A stretch of DNA of 24,619 nucleotides. Origin: Chloroflexi bacterium RBG_16_70_13. GTDB taxonomy: Bacteria; Chloroflexota; Limnocylindria; Limnocylindrales; CSP1-4. Within the stretch, counting starts at the first letter, position 1, and each line of letters opens with the position of its first letter. The stretch covers positions 78,724 through 103,342 of the forward strand of contig MGOD01000043.1 in assembly GCA_001795245.1 (NCBI GenBank), read 5' to 3'. The position numbers were made by a program, and so were the translations under genes. Shown here piece by piece: positions 1-8,711 of this stretch. The notes under the pieces are model-generated. The model made no database searches, was not told where the DNA came from, and was given only the letters and a program-made list of their open reading frames with translations.

Positions 1-1857
1 GAGAGCCGCCCCGTCGGGGCGGTGATCGGCTGCACCCCGCGGGACGGGCGTGGCGGGCGGGTGATCGAGCCCTCCCACGGCAGTGAGGCGAAGCGTGACC
101 GCTTCGACGGGCTCGTCCGGCGCGGCGTGGCCGTAGCGGGCGAGGTGGGCGGCATGGAATGCGCCTTCCAGGCGGCGGAGGTCGCGGAGGTGCATCCCGG
201 CGAGCGGGATCGACAGCTCGTCGCCCTGGCCCACGTAGCGGCAGTCGGCACTGGCATCGATGATCGCCCGGCTGGCCGGGAGTCCGTCGGCCACGAACCT
301 CTTCCGGAGCTCCCGGGCGGCGGCGCGGAACCAGGCTGCAAGCGCCGGCGCGGCGGCTCGGTCGAGGCGAACCATCACCGTCTGCGCCGTGTCGAGGCGT
401 TCGTCAGCGCCGGCCAGGCCAACGGCGCAGAGCAGGCCCGGCGAGGGCGGCACCACGACCTCTCGCAGCCCAAGGTCGCGCATCAGCCGGGCCGCGTGGA
501 GCGGGCCGGCGCCGCCGAAGGCGACGAGCGGCAGCCCGCGTGGGTCAATGCCGCGTTCGGTCGACACCCGTCGAACCGCCCCGGCGAGGTGCGCCGTCGC
601 GATCGCGAGGATTCCCTCGGCCGTCGCCTCCGCGGTCATGCCGAGCGGCCCCGCGAGGCGGAGCAATGCCCGTTCGGCCGCGGCCCGGTCGAGTCGAAGG
701 CTGCCCGCGAGCGGCGTGCCCTCGTCGAGCGTGCCGACGCTGAGATGGGCATCGGTTACCGTCGGATCTGCGCCGCCCCTTCCATATGCCGCTGGGCCGG
801 GTGCCGCTCCGGCGCTCTGCGGGCCGACGTGGAGTCCCCCGGCCGAGTCGAGCCAGGCGACGCTCCCACCGCCGGCGCCCGCGGTGGCGATGTCAAGGGC
901 CGGCACGTTCAGCGGGGCGCCGTCATGCCGCTGGAGCCCGGTGACGGGCGCCTGCCCGCCGCGAACGAGGCAGACGTCGACCGACGTCCCGCCCATGTCG
1001 AGCGCGAGGAGGTCCGCCATGCCGAGGCGCGCTCCAACCGCCATCGCACCCGCGACGCCGGCGGCGGGACCGGACAGGATGAGCCGGTGCGGCTCACGGG
1101 CCGCGCGCGCCGAGGGAACGAGGCCACCCGCGGATTCCATGACGAGGAGGGGCGCCTGGATGCCGTGCGCCATCGCACCCGTCCCGGCCCGCTCGAGGTA
1201 CCGCTCCATGATCGGCCGAAGGCCCGCCGCGACGGCCGTGGTCGCGGCCCTGGGGTACTCGCGGACCTCGCGGGACACCTCCGACGAGAGCGTGATCGGG
1301 ACGCCGGGCAGCGCCGCCCGCAGGGCTCGGCCGAGCTCCTCCTCGTGACGCGGCGCCAGGTACGAGAACAGGAGGAGGACGGCCACCGACTCCGGTCCTC
1401 GCCGCACGACCGTCCGGACGACCCGCTCCACCTCACCCGGTGTCAGTGGTCGCGTTGTCGTGCCATCGGCGGCGACCCGTTCCCGAACCGCGATGCGGTT
1501 GCCATCCGCGACCAGATCGGGCGGCCGCGGCTGGAAGAGGTCATACATGTCCGGCCGCTGGCCGGTGCGGATCGTGAGCACGTCCGTGAAGCCGTCGGTC
1601 GCGCACAGGACGACCCGAGCGAGCGCGCCCGTGAGCAGGGCGTTCGTGGCGACCGTCGTGCCGTGGACGAGTCGCTCGACAGCGTCCGGCGCGACGCCCC
1701 GGGCGGCAAGGGCGCCGAGCGCGTCGAGCAGGCCCCGCGCCGGATCGTCGGGCGTCGAGACGACCTTGGCCGTCGCGAGCCGGCCGTCCGCGGCAACCGC
1801 GACCGCGTCGGTGAACGTTCCGCCGACATCGACCCCCATCGTCCACCGGGTCGTCAT
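1..1857 (-). CDS. Hydantoinase A / 5-oxoprolinase family (ATP-dependent amidohydrolase subunit A); 3' end runs off the left edge
   Basis: Not in the ORF track; translated by hand from ATG at 1857: MTTRWTMGVDVGGTFTDAV..AKVVSTPDDP..VHGTTVATNALL..LSSEVSREVREYPR..LILSGPAAGVAGA..LDMGGTSVDV..GAGGGSVAW..VGPQSAGAAPGPAAYGRGG..PTVTDA..LVAFGGAGPLHA..DCRYVGQGDEL..FHAAHLARYGH. These are the characteristic HyuA/OplA motifs. 619 codons visible with no stop seen. Confidence 0.93.
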   Translation of the reverse strand, partial: MTTRWTMGVDVGGTFTDAVAVAADGRLATAKVVSTPDDPARGLLDALGALAARGVAPDAVERLVHGTTVATNALLTGALARVVLCATDGFTDVLTIRTGQRPDMYDLFQPRPPDLVADGNRIAVRERVAADGTTTRPLTPGEVERVVRTVVRRGPESVAVLLLFSYLAPRHEEELGRALRAALPGVPITLSSEVSREVREYPRAATTAVAAGLRPIMERYLERAGTGAMAHGIQAPLLVMESAGGLVPSARAAREPHRLILSGPAAGVAGAMAVGARLGMADLLALDMGGTSVDVCLVRGGQAPVTGLQRHDGAPLNVPALDIATAGAGGGSVAWLDSAGGLHVGPQSAGAAPGPAAYGRGGADPTVTDAHLSVGTLDEGTPLAGSLRLDRAAAERALLRLAGPLGMTAEATAEGILAIATAHLAGAVRRVSTERGIDPRGLPLVAFGGAGPLHAARLMRDLGLREVVVPPSPGLLCAVGLAGADERLDTAQTVMVRLDRAAAPALAAWFRAAARELRKRFVADGLPASRAIIDASADCRYVGQGDELSIPLAGMHLRDLRRLEGAFHAAHLARYGHAAPDEPVEAVTLRLTAVGGLDHPPATPVPRGAADHRPDGAAL

Positions 1858-1936
1858 GGAACCGCCAGAAGGGTGGGCGCCGGCTGCGGGCGCCGCCTGG
1901 GGCGCCCGTCGCGCGACGTGTCGATTGGTCGTCGGT

Positions 1937-3664
1937 TCAGTCCGGCGGGATCTCTTGGTACATGAGCCCCGTGTCGATCCCCGCCGCCCGGTTCCGGAAC
2001 CACTGGACGACAAAGACCAGGATCCCGACGCCGAAGATGAGGAGTGTCATCGTCACGCCGGTCCGGTTCAAGTAGTCGAGCTGCGTTTCCGCCTCGCCGG
2101 CGCCAACTCGGTTCAGGATCGGGCTCAGCCCGGCGTACCAGTAGAGGCCGCCCGCCATGACGATCCAGACGAGACCCATGACCGGGAGCCACCGCGCAAA
2201 CGGTGCGTCCTGGGCGAGGTCCGGGCGGGTGAACCGGACGAGGAGCGCGTTGACGCCGGGCATGAACCAGGTCAGCCCGGCGGCGAGGATGCTGAACCAC
2301 AGCGTTGAGACGAGGTTGAGCTTGCCGTCCACGGGTGCGAGGAAGCCCAGGCCGATCGCCTTGAGGATGGCGAAGTTCTGGAGAAGGGCGAAGACCCCAG
2401 CCACGACGATGGCGGCGAGGATCGCGTTGGCCGGGGCATGGAGCCGCTCCGAGACGCGCCCGAACCACTCCGGGACCTGGCGGTCGAGACTCCAGGCGAG
2501 CTGGACCCGCGACAGGAACGCGATGTAGACCGGGCAGAGCAGGAACGGGAAGAGGGTCACCGAGAGCGATACGAGCGTCCAGATGGGCCACAGCCCGGGC
2601 GCCGCGATGACGCCCATGAGGGGCATCGAGTTCGGCTGTCCGAGCGGCAGGGCCGGGTCCGTGATGAAGCCCCAGTAGATCGCCCCCCAGGCGACCTGGC
2701 CCTCGAGGCCCAGCCGGTAGCTGATGAAGTCCGTGTAGACCGAGTTCATCAGGACGGCGATGGCGAGGGCGCCCAGGAGGGCGACGAGGATGCCCCGCCG
2801 GATGTTGCCCCGGATCTCGCCGGAGATGTAGGCGCTGTACTGGAAGCCGATGTAGTTCAGCAGCACGATCCCGGCGATGAACGCGAACAGCTCGGGGTTC
2901 AGGTCCAGCCCGCTCGTCTTGAAGCCCGCGGCGTCCCCGGCCGCAGCCAGCTGGTCGACCGTGAGGCCGCCGGTGTACTGGGGCAGGTTTGCCGCAAAGT
3001 TCTCGGGCGTGATCGCGACCATGCCCACGACGAACATCAGGCCAGCGCCGAGGAGCCCGAGGACGGCCAGCCAGGTGATGATCCGGTGGAACCGGCGCAC
3101 CGACTGGAACGTGATCGCGGCGATGAGGGCCAGGACGATCAGCGAGGCGATGAGGCCCGGCACGCCGGTCACCGCCCCCGTGTCGTCGGTGAACCAGGCG
3201 TTCGCCCCGGTGAAGATTTCGCTGCCTGTGCCGATGCCGATGACCCGCCCGGTGATCTGGAGGTTGCGGACGACGATCGGGACCTCGAAGGCGATGATCG
3301 CCAGGCTCGCGAATGCGAGCGTCCAGCTCTCGAGCCAGCCGAGGAACGGGCCGATCCGCGGCACGATCCGGCTGGTGAACACGTAATCGCCGCCGGACCG
3401 CGGCATGACGCTCGTCAGCGAGGCGAAGATCAGCGCGAGGAGGACGCAGAACGCCCCCACGATGATCGATGCCCAGCCATAGGTCGTGAAGGCGGCGTAA
3501 GTCCCGATCGGGACGTAGGCCAGGGAGTAGAAGACCGGATACCAGCCCACGCCGGCACCGATGAACGCGCTCGTGTTGAAGAACAGGGCGTTGAGGACGC
3601 TGACCTCGCGGACCAATCCGGACGATTGGCGTGTGAAGAGCGCCCGACCAGACGTCGTGGCCAT
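1937..3664 (-). CDS. APC family amino acid/amine permease (575 aa)
   Basis: N-terminal LFTRQSSGLVRE motif, MPRSGGDYVFTSR loop, FQYSAYISGEIR, AWSLDRQVPEWF..P motif and about 12 hydrophobic segments. GGAGGGAGG Shine-Dalgarno upstream of the ATG. Confidence 0.92.
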   Translation of the reverse strand: MATTSGRALFTRQSSGLVREVSVLNALFFNTSAFIGAGVGWYPVFYSLAYVPIGTYAAFTTYGWASIIVGAFCVLLALIFASLTSVMPRSGGDYVFTSRIVPRIGPFLGWLESWTLAFASLAIIAFEVPIVVRNLQITGRVIGIGTGSEIFTGANAWFTDDTGAVTGVPGLIASLIVLALIAAITFQSVRRFHRIITWLAVLGLLGAGLMFVVGMVAITPENFAANLPQYTGGLTVDQLAAAGDAAGFKTSGLDLNPELFAFIAGIVLLNYIGFQYSAYISGEIRGNIRRGILVALLGALAIAVLMNSVYTDFISYRLGLEGQVAWGAIYWGFITDPALPLGQPNSMPLMGVIAAPGLWPIWTLVSLSVTLFPFLLCPVYIAFLSRVQLAWSLDRQVPEWFGRVSERLHAPANAILAAIVVAGVFALLQNFAILKAIGLGFLAPVDGKLNLVSTLWFSILAAGLTWFMPGVNALLVRFTRPDLAQDAPFARWLPVMGLVWIVMAGGLYWYAGLSPILNRVGAGEAETQLDYLNRTGVTMTLLIFGVGILVFVVQWFRNRAAGIDTGLMYQEIPPD

Positions 3665-3777
3665 GTCGCGCAGCCTCCCTCCACCGCAGCCGCGCCGACG
3701 AGACCGCCGCGCGGCCGCCGTTCCAGCCCGGGTCTCCCAACCCGACCGGGTCCGCTCCCACCACCGGAAGCGGCGTC

Positions 3778-3785
3778 AGTATAGT
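3778..3785. promoter_or_regulatory. Overlapping divergent sigma70-type -10 candidates: TATAGT (+, 3780-3785) and TATACT (-, 3783-3778)
   Basis: The only AT-rich spot in the 3665-3845 divergent intergenic region. Both hexamers match TAnnnT and each points at one flanking gene. Confidence 0.55.
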
Positions 3786-3819
3786 GGCCTCGAATCGCGC
3801 CGATGACGCGATTCGGGCC
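3786..3819. repeat. Inverted repeat CGAATCGCG-7nt-CGCGATTCG, extendable by GGCC/GGCC with a 1-nt bulge
   Basis: Perfect 9-bp arms at 3791-3799 and 3807-3815, immediately downstream of the + strand -10 candidate. Confidence 0.7.
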
Positions 3820-3845
3820 GCGCACCAGCCGGAGGACCGCGGGCG

Positions 3846-4631
3846 GTGAGCCAGGCGAACCAGACGCTCGAGGACCCGCTTGGCGAGGCGCTGAGGCTCA
3901 TCGCGCTCGCAGACGAGGGCGACCTGAGCCTGCGGCTCATGGGCGGCCTCGCCTTCCACGTCCGAGCCCCGGACTGGACGGCCAGGATCGATCGCACCCG
4001 ACGTGACATCGACCTCGCGACCACCGGCCGGAGCCGGAAAGCCGTGGCGAGCCTGCTGGTCGAGTCCGGCTATCTTCCCGACAAGCAGTACAACGCCCTG
4101 TACGGACACAAGCAGCTGTACTTCGTCGATCCGCGCTTCGACCGCCCGATCGACCTCCTCGTCGACCGGCTGGAGATGTGCCACACCATCGAGTTCGGCG
4201 ACCGGCTGGCCCTCGATCACCCGACGCTTCCGCTCGCCGATCTGCTGCTCTCGAAGCTCCAAATCGTCCGGATCAACCGAAAGGATGTCCTCGACGCGCT
4301 CGTCCTGCTCGCCGAGCACCCGCTTGCCGAGACCGATCGGGATGGCATCAGCGTCCCGCGGATCATCGGCCTCACCTCCTCCGACTGGGGCTGGTGGCGG
4401 ACCGCGACCGACAACCTCGGCAAGATCGGGCTGTATTACGACGTCGAGGTCGGCCCGGAGGACCTCGACTTGGGGCGTCCGCTCCGGTTCGACCCGCGCG
4501 CGCAGGTCGACGCGCTGCGCGCGGCGATCGACGCGGCGCCCAAGTCGACGCGCTGGAAGCTGCGGTCCCGAATCGGCGATCGAATGCCGTGGTACGAGGA
4601 GCCCGAGGAGGTCGGCCACGGGCGCGATTGA
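3846..4631 (+). CDS. Nucleotidyltransferase-superfamily protein (261 aa), specific function unknown
   Basis: LMGGLAF..RTRRDIDL (hGG...DxD catalytic motif) and LLLSKLQ..NRKDVLD (K...KDxxD). GGAGGA SD at 3831-3836 before GTG. Codon usage typical of the window. Confidence 0.8.
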   Translation: MSQANQTLEDPLGEALRLIALADEGDLSLRLMGGLAFHVRAPDWTARIDRTRRDIDLATTGRSRKAVASLLVESGYLPDKQYNALYGHKQLYFVDPRFDRPIDLLVDRLEMCHTIEFGDRLALDHPTLPLADLLLSKLQIVRINRKDVLDALVLLAEHPLAETDRDGISVPRIIGLTSSDWGWWRTATDNLGKIGLYYDVEVGPEDLDLGRPLRFDPRAQVDALRAAIDAAPKSTRWKLRSRIGDRMPWYEEPEEVGHGRD

Positions 4632-4706
4632 CGGCGCCACCGAACGCGCCCGGCCGACGAGCTCGTCCGGCGCTAGCCCGCGGGATCGCCGGACCGCCTG
4701 CCACGC

Positions 4707-7700
4707 TCAGGCGAGCGACACTCGCGCGACTCCCTCGCCCAGCCGGCGCTGGACCTCGGCCAGGAGGTCCGCGTCGTAGGCGACGGCCTGCTTCAGCTCC
4801 ATCGGGAGGGCCGAGCCACCGGGCGCCGGGACGTGGACGACGACCCGGGTGTCGCCGGGGCGCTCGCGAACGAGCTGCCTGAAGACCTCCATTGCCCGGA
4901 CCAGCTCGTCGGCCGGGGCACCCCCGAAGCTGACATGGAGGACGTGGTTCGGGCCGGCCATCTCGAGCGGGGCGGTCGGTGCCGCGGCCAGGGCCGTGGC
5001 GCGCGTCCGGGCCTCGTCGGGCAGGGCCGGCTCGTCGTCACGGTCGGCTGACGAGGCCAGGGCCGCATCCGTGACCGGGCCGGAGGTCGTGACCGGCTCC
5101 GCCGGCACGATCGGCGGCAGGTCGGCGACCGGCGACATCGCGGGCGACGCTGCCTCGGCTCGGAGCGGCGAGACGTACGGGACATCTGTCCGGCGGCTCG
5201 GCAGTCCGCGACCGGCCCCCGCAACCCCCACGGTCGCGACCGCCGTGACCGAACCCGCACCGGGGGCCGAGCGTACAGGAACGGGGCCGGGCCCCGGCCC
5301 GACCGCGACCGGCGCGCCGGGTCCCCCGTGGCCGTTGCGCGCCCCGGCCGCGCCGTTCCCGCCGGCGTCGACTGGTCCGCTGCCAGGTCCCACGGGCCGC
5401 CGCCGGAACGAACCCCGGTCTCCGGCCGCGACGTCGCGGGCGAAGTCCTCCGCACCCCTCGCCACCGCCTCGTCCCACGGCATCACGAGGTCGGCCAGGA
5501 GCGAGACGTCCTCCCCGCGATGGTCAACCCGCCCGGCGACCAGGAGGATCGCGCCCTCCGCCCAGGTCGGGCCGGTCTGCTCGTAGAGCTTCGGGAAGAC
5601 GACGACCTCGATCGAGCCCTGGAGGTCCTCGAGGGTCACAACGGCCATCGTCGAGCGCGCGCGGGTGACAACGGTCCGCGACCCGACGACGATCCCGCCG
5701 ATGACGAGGCGCTGGCCGTCGAGGGTCTCATCCGACTTCAGGTCGCCCGAGTAGGCCGTCACGAAGTCCCCGACCCGGTCGGCGACCTCGCCCATCGGGT
5801 GCTCGGACAGGTACAGCCCGAGGAGCTCCTTCTCCCAGCGCAGGCGCTCGCGGACCGGGGCCTCGGGCGTGGCCGGCAGCGGCCGCTCGAGGACCGCGGC
5901 GTCGTCGGCGCCCATCTCGAAGAGCGAGACCTGCCCCGAGATCCGGTCGCGCTGGGTCGCCTGCGCCGCCGCGACGGCGTCATCGAGGCCCATGATGACC
6001 TGGGCCGGGTGGCCGAACCCGTTGAGGGCCCCGACCTTGGCCAGCGATTCGAGGACCTTCCGGTTCGTGAGGCGAAGGTCGATCCGGGTACAGAAGTCGG
6101 TCAGCGAGCGGAACGGTCCCTCCGCCTCGCGCGCCGCGATGATCGACTCGATCGCCCCCTGGCCGACGTTCTTGACGGCCAGGAGCCCGAACCGAATGGC
6201 GTCGCCCTCGACGGTGAACTCGAGCTGGCTGCGGTGGATGTCGGGCGGCCGGACCTCGATGCCGAGGCGGCGGCACTCGGCGACCGCGGCGGCGACCTTC
6301 TCTTCCGAGCTCCGGAAGGCCGACAGGACGCTCGTCATGTACTCGACCGTGTAGTTCGCCTTGAGGTACGCCGTCTGGTAGGCGATGAGCCCGTAGCAGG
6401 TCGCGTGGGCCTTGTTGAAGCCGTAGCGCTCGAACGGCTCGAAGGCCTTGAAGACGGCGTCGATGGTCTGGGGCGGCACGCCCCGCTCCGCGGCCTGGCT
6501 GACGAACCGCTCCTTCTGGGCCCGCAGGACCGAGGACTTCTTCTTCCGGATCGCGTAGCCGAGCGTGTCGGCCTCGGGACCGGTGAAGCCGCCGAGCGCG
6601 ATCGCGGCGGCCATGATGTCCTCCTGGTAGACGAAGATCCCGTAGGTCCGCTCGAGGAACGGCTCGAGCAGCGGGTGGAGGTAGGTGACCGGCTCCTGGC
6701 CGTGCTTCCGGCGGATGTAGGCCGGGATGTTCTCCATCGGGCCGGGGCGGTAGAGGGCGACCATCGCCGCGAGGTCGAAGACCGAGGTCGGGCGGAGCTC
6801 CCGGACGTAGCGCCGCATGCCCGCCGACTCCAGCTGGAAGATGCCGGTCGTCTCGCCCGACGCGAGGAGCTCGAACGTCGCGGCGTCGTCGAGCGGAATC
6901 CGGTCGAGGTCGATGTCGACGTTGCGGTGGGCCTTCACGGTGTCGACGGCGTTCTTGAGGATCGTCAGGTTCGAGAGGCCCAGGAAGTCGAACTTGAGGA
7001 GCCCGAGCGCCTCGATCGCGTGCATCTCGTACTGGGTCATCAGCGAATCCGAGTTCGTGGCCTTCTGGAGGGGCATGAGCTCGGTCAGCGGCTCGCGGCT
7101 GATGACGACACCGGCGGCGTGGGTCGAGGCGTTCCGGGCGACGCCCTCGAGCTGGCGGGCGAAGTCGATGACCCGCTTGACCCCGTCGTCTGCGTCGTGC
7201 AGCTCGCGCAGGGCCGGGCTGATCTCGAGCGCCTCCTCGAGCCGGATCCCGAGCTGGTTCGGGACGGCCTTCGCGATCCTGTCGACGTCGCCGTAGCCGT
7301 GGCCCAGGACCCGCCCGACGTCGCGGATCGCCGCCCGGGCGAGCATCGTCCCGAAGGTGATGATCTGGGCGACGTGGTCCTGGCCGTACTTCCGCGAGAC
7401 GTAGGCGATGACCTCGTCCCGGCGGTCGTCCTGGAAGTCGACGTCGATGTCCGGCATCGTCACCCGGTCGGGGTTGAGGAACCGCTCGAACGGCAGGTCG
7501 TAGGCGATCGGGTCGACCGGCGTGATGCCGAGGGTGTACGTCACGATCGAGCCCGGCGCGCTGCCCCGGCAGGTCGTCTGGATGCCCTGCTCGCGGGCGA
7601 ACCGGATGAAGTCGGCGACGATGAGGAAGTAGCCGGCGTAGCCCATCGAGATGATGACCCCGAGCTCGTAGTCGAGGCGCTCCTTGAGGGCCGCAGTGGG

Positions 7701-8648
7701 CTCCCCGTAGCGCCAGGCCAGGCCGCGCTCGCACTCGGCCCGGAGCCAGGACTCGGGCGTCTCCCCGTCCGGGACCGGGAAGTGCGGGATCCGGAGCTGG
7801 CCGAGCGGCAGCTGGACGTCGCACATCTCGGCGATCCGGCGGGTGTTGAGGAGCGCCTCGCGCTGGTCCGGAAAGAGGGCCGCCATCTCGGCCGCGGACT
7901 TGAGGTAGAAGGCGTCCGACTCGAACTTCAGGCGCCCCGGCGTATCGAGGTTGTTGCCGGTGCCAATGCACAGCAGGACGTCCTGGGCCGCGGCCTGGCG
8001 GCGGTGGACGTAGTGGAGGTCGTTCGTCACGACGAGCGGCAGGCCGACCTCGGGACCCAGCCGCAGGAGCTGCTCGTTGAGGCGGCGCTGCTCCGGGAGC
8101 CCGTGGTCCTGGAGCTCGAGGTAGAAGCGGTCCGGTCCGAGGATGTCGCGATAGCTGCCAGCGGCGCTCCGGGCGAGGTCCCAGTCCTCGACCTCGAGCG
8201 CCCGGGCGACCTCGCCGTTGAGGCAGGCCGAGAGGCCGATGAGGCCCTCGCTGTGGCGGGCCAGGTGCTCGCGGTCGATCCGCGGCTTGTAGTAGTAGCC
8301 GTCGATGTGGGCATCGGTGACGAGCCGGCAGAGGTTCCGGTAGCCGACGAGGTCTGAGGCCAGGAGGACGAGGTGGAAAGGCTGGGCATCGGCCTTGCCC
8401 TCCTTGTCCGTCATCGACCGGCGGGCGACGTAGGTCTCGACCCCGATGATCGGCCGGATGCCCTTGTTCCGGGCGGCCTGGTGGAAGGCGACCGCGCCGT
8501 AGAGGGCTCCGTGATCGGTCAGGGCCAGGCTGTCGAAGCCCTGCGCGCCGGCCTCGTCGACCATGTCCGTGATCCGTCCGAGGCCATCCAGCAGGCTGAA
8601 CTCGGAGTGGCTGTGGAGGTGGACGAAGTCGTTCGCGGCGATGGTCAT
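4707..8648 (-). CDS. dnaE: DNA polymerase III subunit alpha (DnaE-type, 1313 aa)
   Basis: PHP domain (HLHSHSEFSLLDG, TDHG, TNDLHY), RGSAPGS, PFERFLNPDRVTMPDIDVDF catalytic motif, LLKFDFLGL, FERYGFNKAHA, clamp-binding QVSLF, EKELLGLYLSEHP and an OB-fold. Confidence 0.98.
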   Translation of the reverse strand: MTIAANDFVHLHSHSEFSLLDGLGRITDMVDEAGAQGFDSLALTDHGALYGAVAFHQAARNKGIRPIIGVETYVARRSMTDKEGKADAQPFHLVLLASDLVGYRNLCRLVTDAHIDGYYYKPRIDREHLARHSEGLIGLSACLNGEVARALEVEDWDLARSAAGSYRDILGPDRFYLELQDHGLPEQRRLNEQLLRLGPEVGLPLVVTNDLHYVHRRQAAAQDVLLCIGTGNNLDTPGRLKFESDAFYLKSAAEMAALFPDQREALLNTRRIAEMCDVQLPLGQLRIPHFPVPDGETPESWLRAECERGLAWRYGEPTAALKERLDYELGVIISMGYAGYFLIVADFIRFAREQGIQTTCRGSAPGSIVTYTLGITPVDPIAYDLPFERFLNPDRVTMPDIDVDFQDDRRDEVIAYVSRKYGQDHVAQIITFGTMLARAAIRDVGRVLGHGYGDVDRIAKAVPNQLGIRLEEALEISPALRELHDADDGVKRVIDFARQLEGVARNASTHAAGVVISREPLTELMPLQKATNSDSLMTQYEMHAIEALGLLKFDFLGLSNLTILKNAVDTVKAHRNVDIDLDRIPLDDAATFELLASGETTGIFQLESAGMRRYVRELRPTSVFDLAAMVALYRPGPMENIPAYIRRKHGQEPVTYLHPLLEPFLERTYGIFVYQEDIMAAAIALGGFTGPEADTLGYAIRKKKSSVLRAQKERFVSQAAERGVPPQTIDAVFKAFEPFERYGFNKAHATCYGLIAYQTAYLKANYTVEYMTSVLSAFRSSEEKVAAAVAECRRLGIEVRPPDIHRSQLEFTVEGDAIRFGLLAVKNVGQGAIESIIAAREAEGPFRSLTDFCTRIDLRLTNRKVLESLAKVGALNGFGHPAQVIMGLDDAVAAAQATQRDRISGQVSLFEMGADDAAVLERPLPATPEAPVRERLRWEKELLGLYLSEHPMGEVADRVGDFVTAYSGDLKSDETLDGQRLVIGGIVVGSRTVVTRARSTMAVVTLEDLQGSIEVVVFPKLYEQTGPTWAEGAILLVAGRVDHRGEDVSLLADLVMPWDEAVARGAEDFARDVAAGDRGSFRRRPVGPGSGPVDAGGNGAAGARNGHGGPGAPVAVGPGPGPVPVRSAPGAGSVTAVATVGVAGAGRGLPSRRTDVPYVSPLRAEAASPAMSPVADLPPIVPAEPVTTSGPVTDAALASSADRDDEPALPDEARTRATALAAAPTAPLEMAGPNHVLHVSFGGAPADELVRAMEVFRQLVRERPGDTRVVVHVPAPGGSALPMELKQAVAYDADLLAEVQRRLGEGVARVSLA

Positions 8649-8658
8649 CGGGAGGCCA

Positions 8659-8664
8659 ATGGTA
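8659..8664 (-). promoter_or_regulatory. Candidate -10 element (TACCAT) 10 nt upstream of the dnaE ATG
   Basis: Minus strand reads GCTACCATTGGCCTCCCGATG with no SD, consistent with a leaderless or very-short-leader promoter. Confidence 0.4.
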
Positions 8665-8711
8665 GCCGCGTGGCGGCCGGCGGGCCCGGACGTCGGCTGA
8701 CCGAACGGCCC

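Noticed and set aside
1887-1908. 8-bp GC hairpin between the permease and hydantoinase genes
   Set aside because: Short all-GC stems are frequent at this base composition and there is no U-tract, so no function can be supported.
22-1965. 647-aa + strand ORF
   Set aside because: In-register antisense shadow of the hydantoinase A gene; Arg/Gly-rich with no motifs.
3846-4631. Complete type IV toxin-antitoxin pair
   Set aside because: No antitoxin-like ORF is adjacent; the overlapping 3803..4006 ORF is off-frame noise.
1854-4640. 928-aa - strand ORF spanning the permease and nucleotidyltransferase
   Set aside because: Composite of an antisense read of the NTase and an off-frame read of the permease; Arg/Pro/Gly-rich noise.
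4646-4673. Palindrome GACGAGCTCGTC in the NTase/dnaE convergent gap
   Set aside because: Imperfect stem that could be a weak terminator but is not distinguishable from chance.
4960-5460. Intein in dnaE
   Set aside because: No Cys/Ser-start and His-Asn-end splice motifs or LAGLIDADG blocks; the insert is low complexity.
5328-8357. 1009-aa + strand ORF
   Set aside because: Antisense shadow of dnaE, expected from high GC3; no independent motifs.
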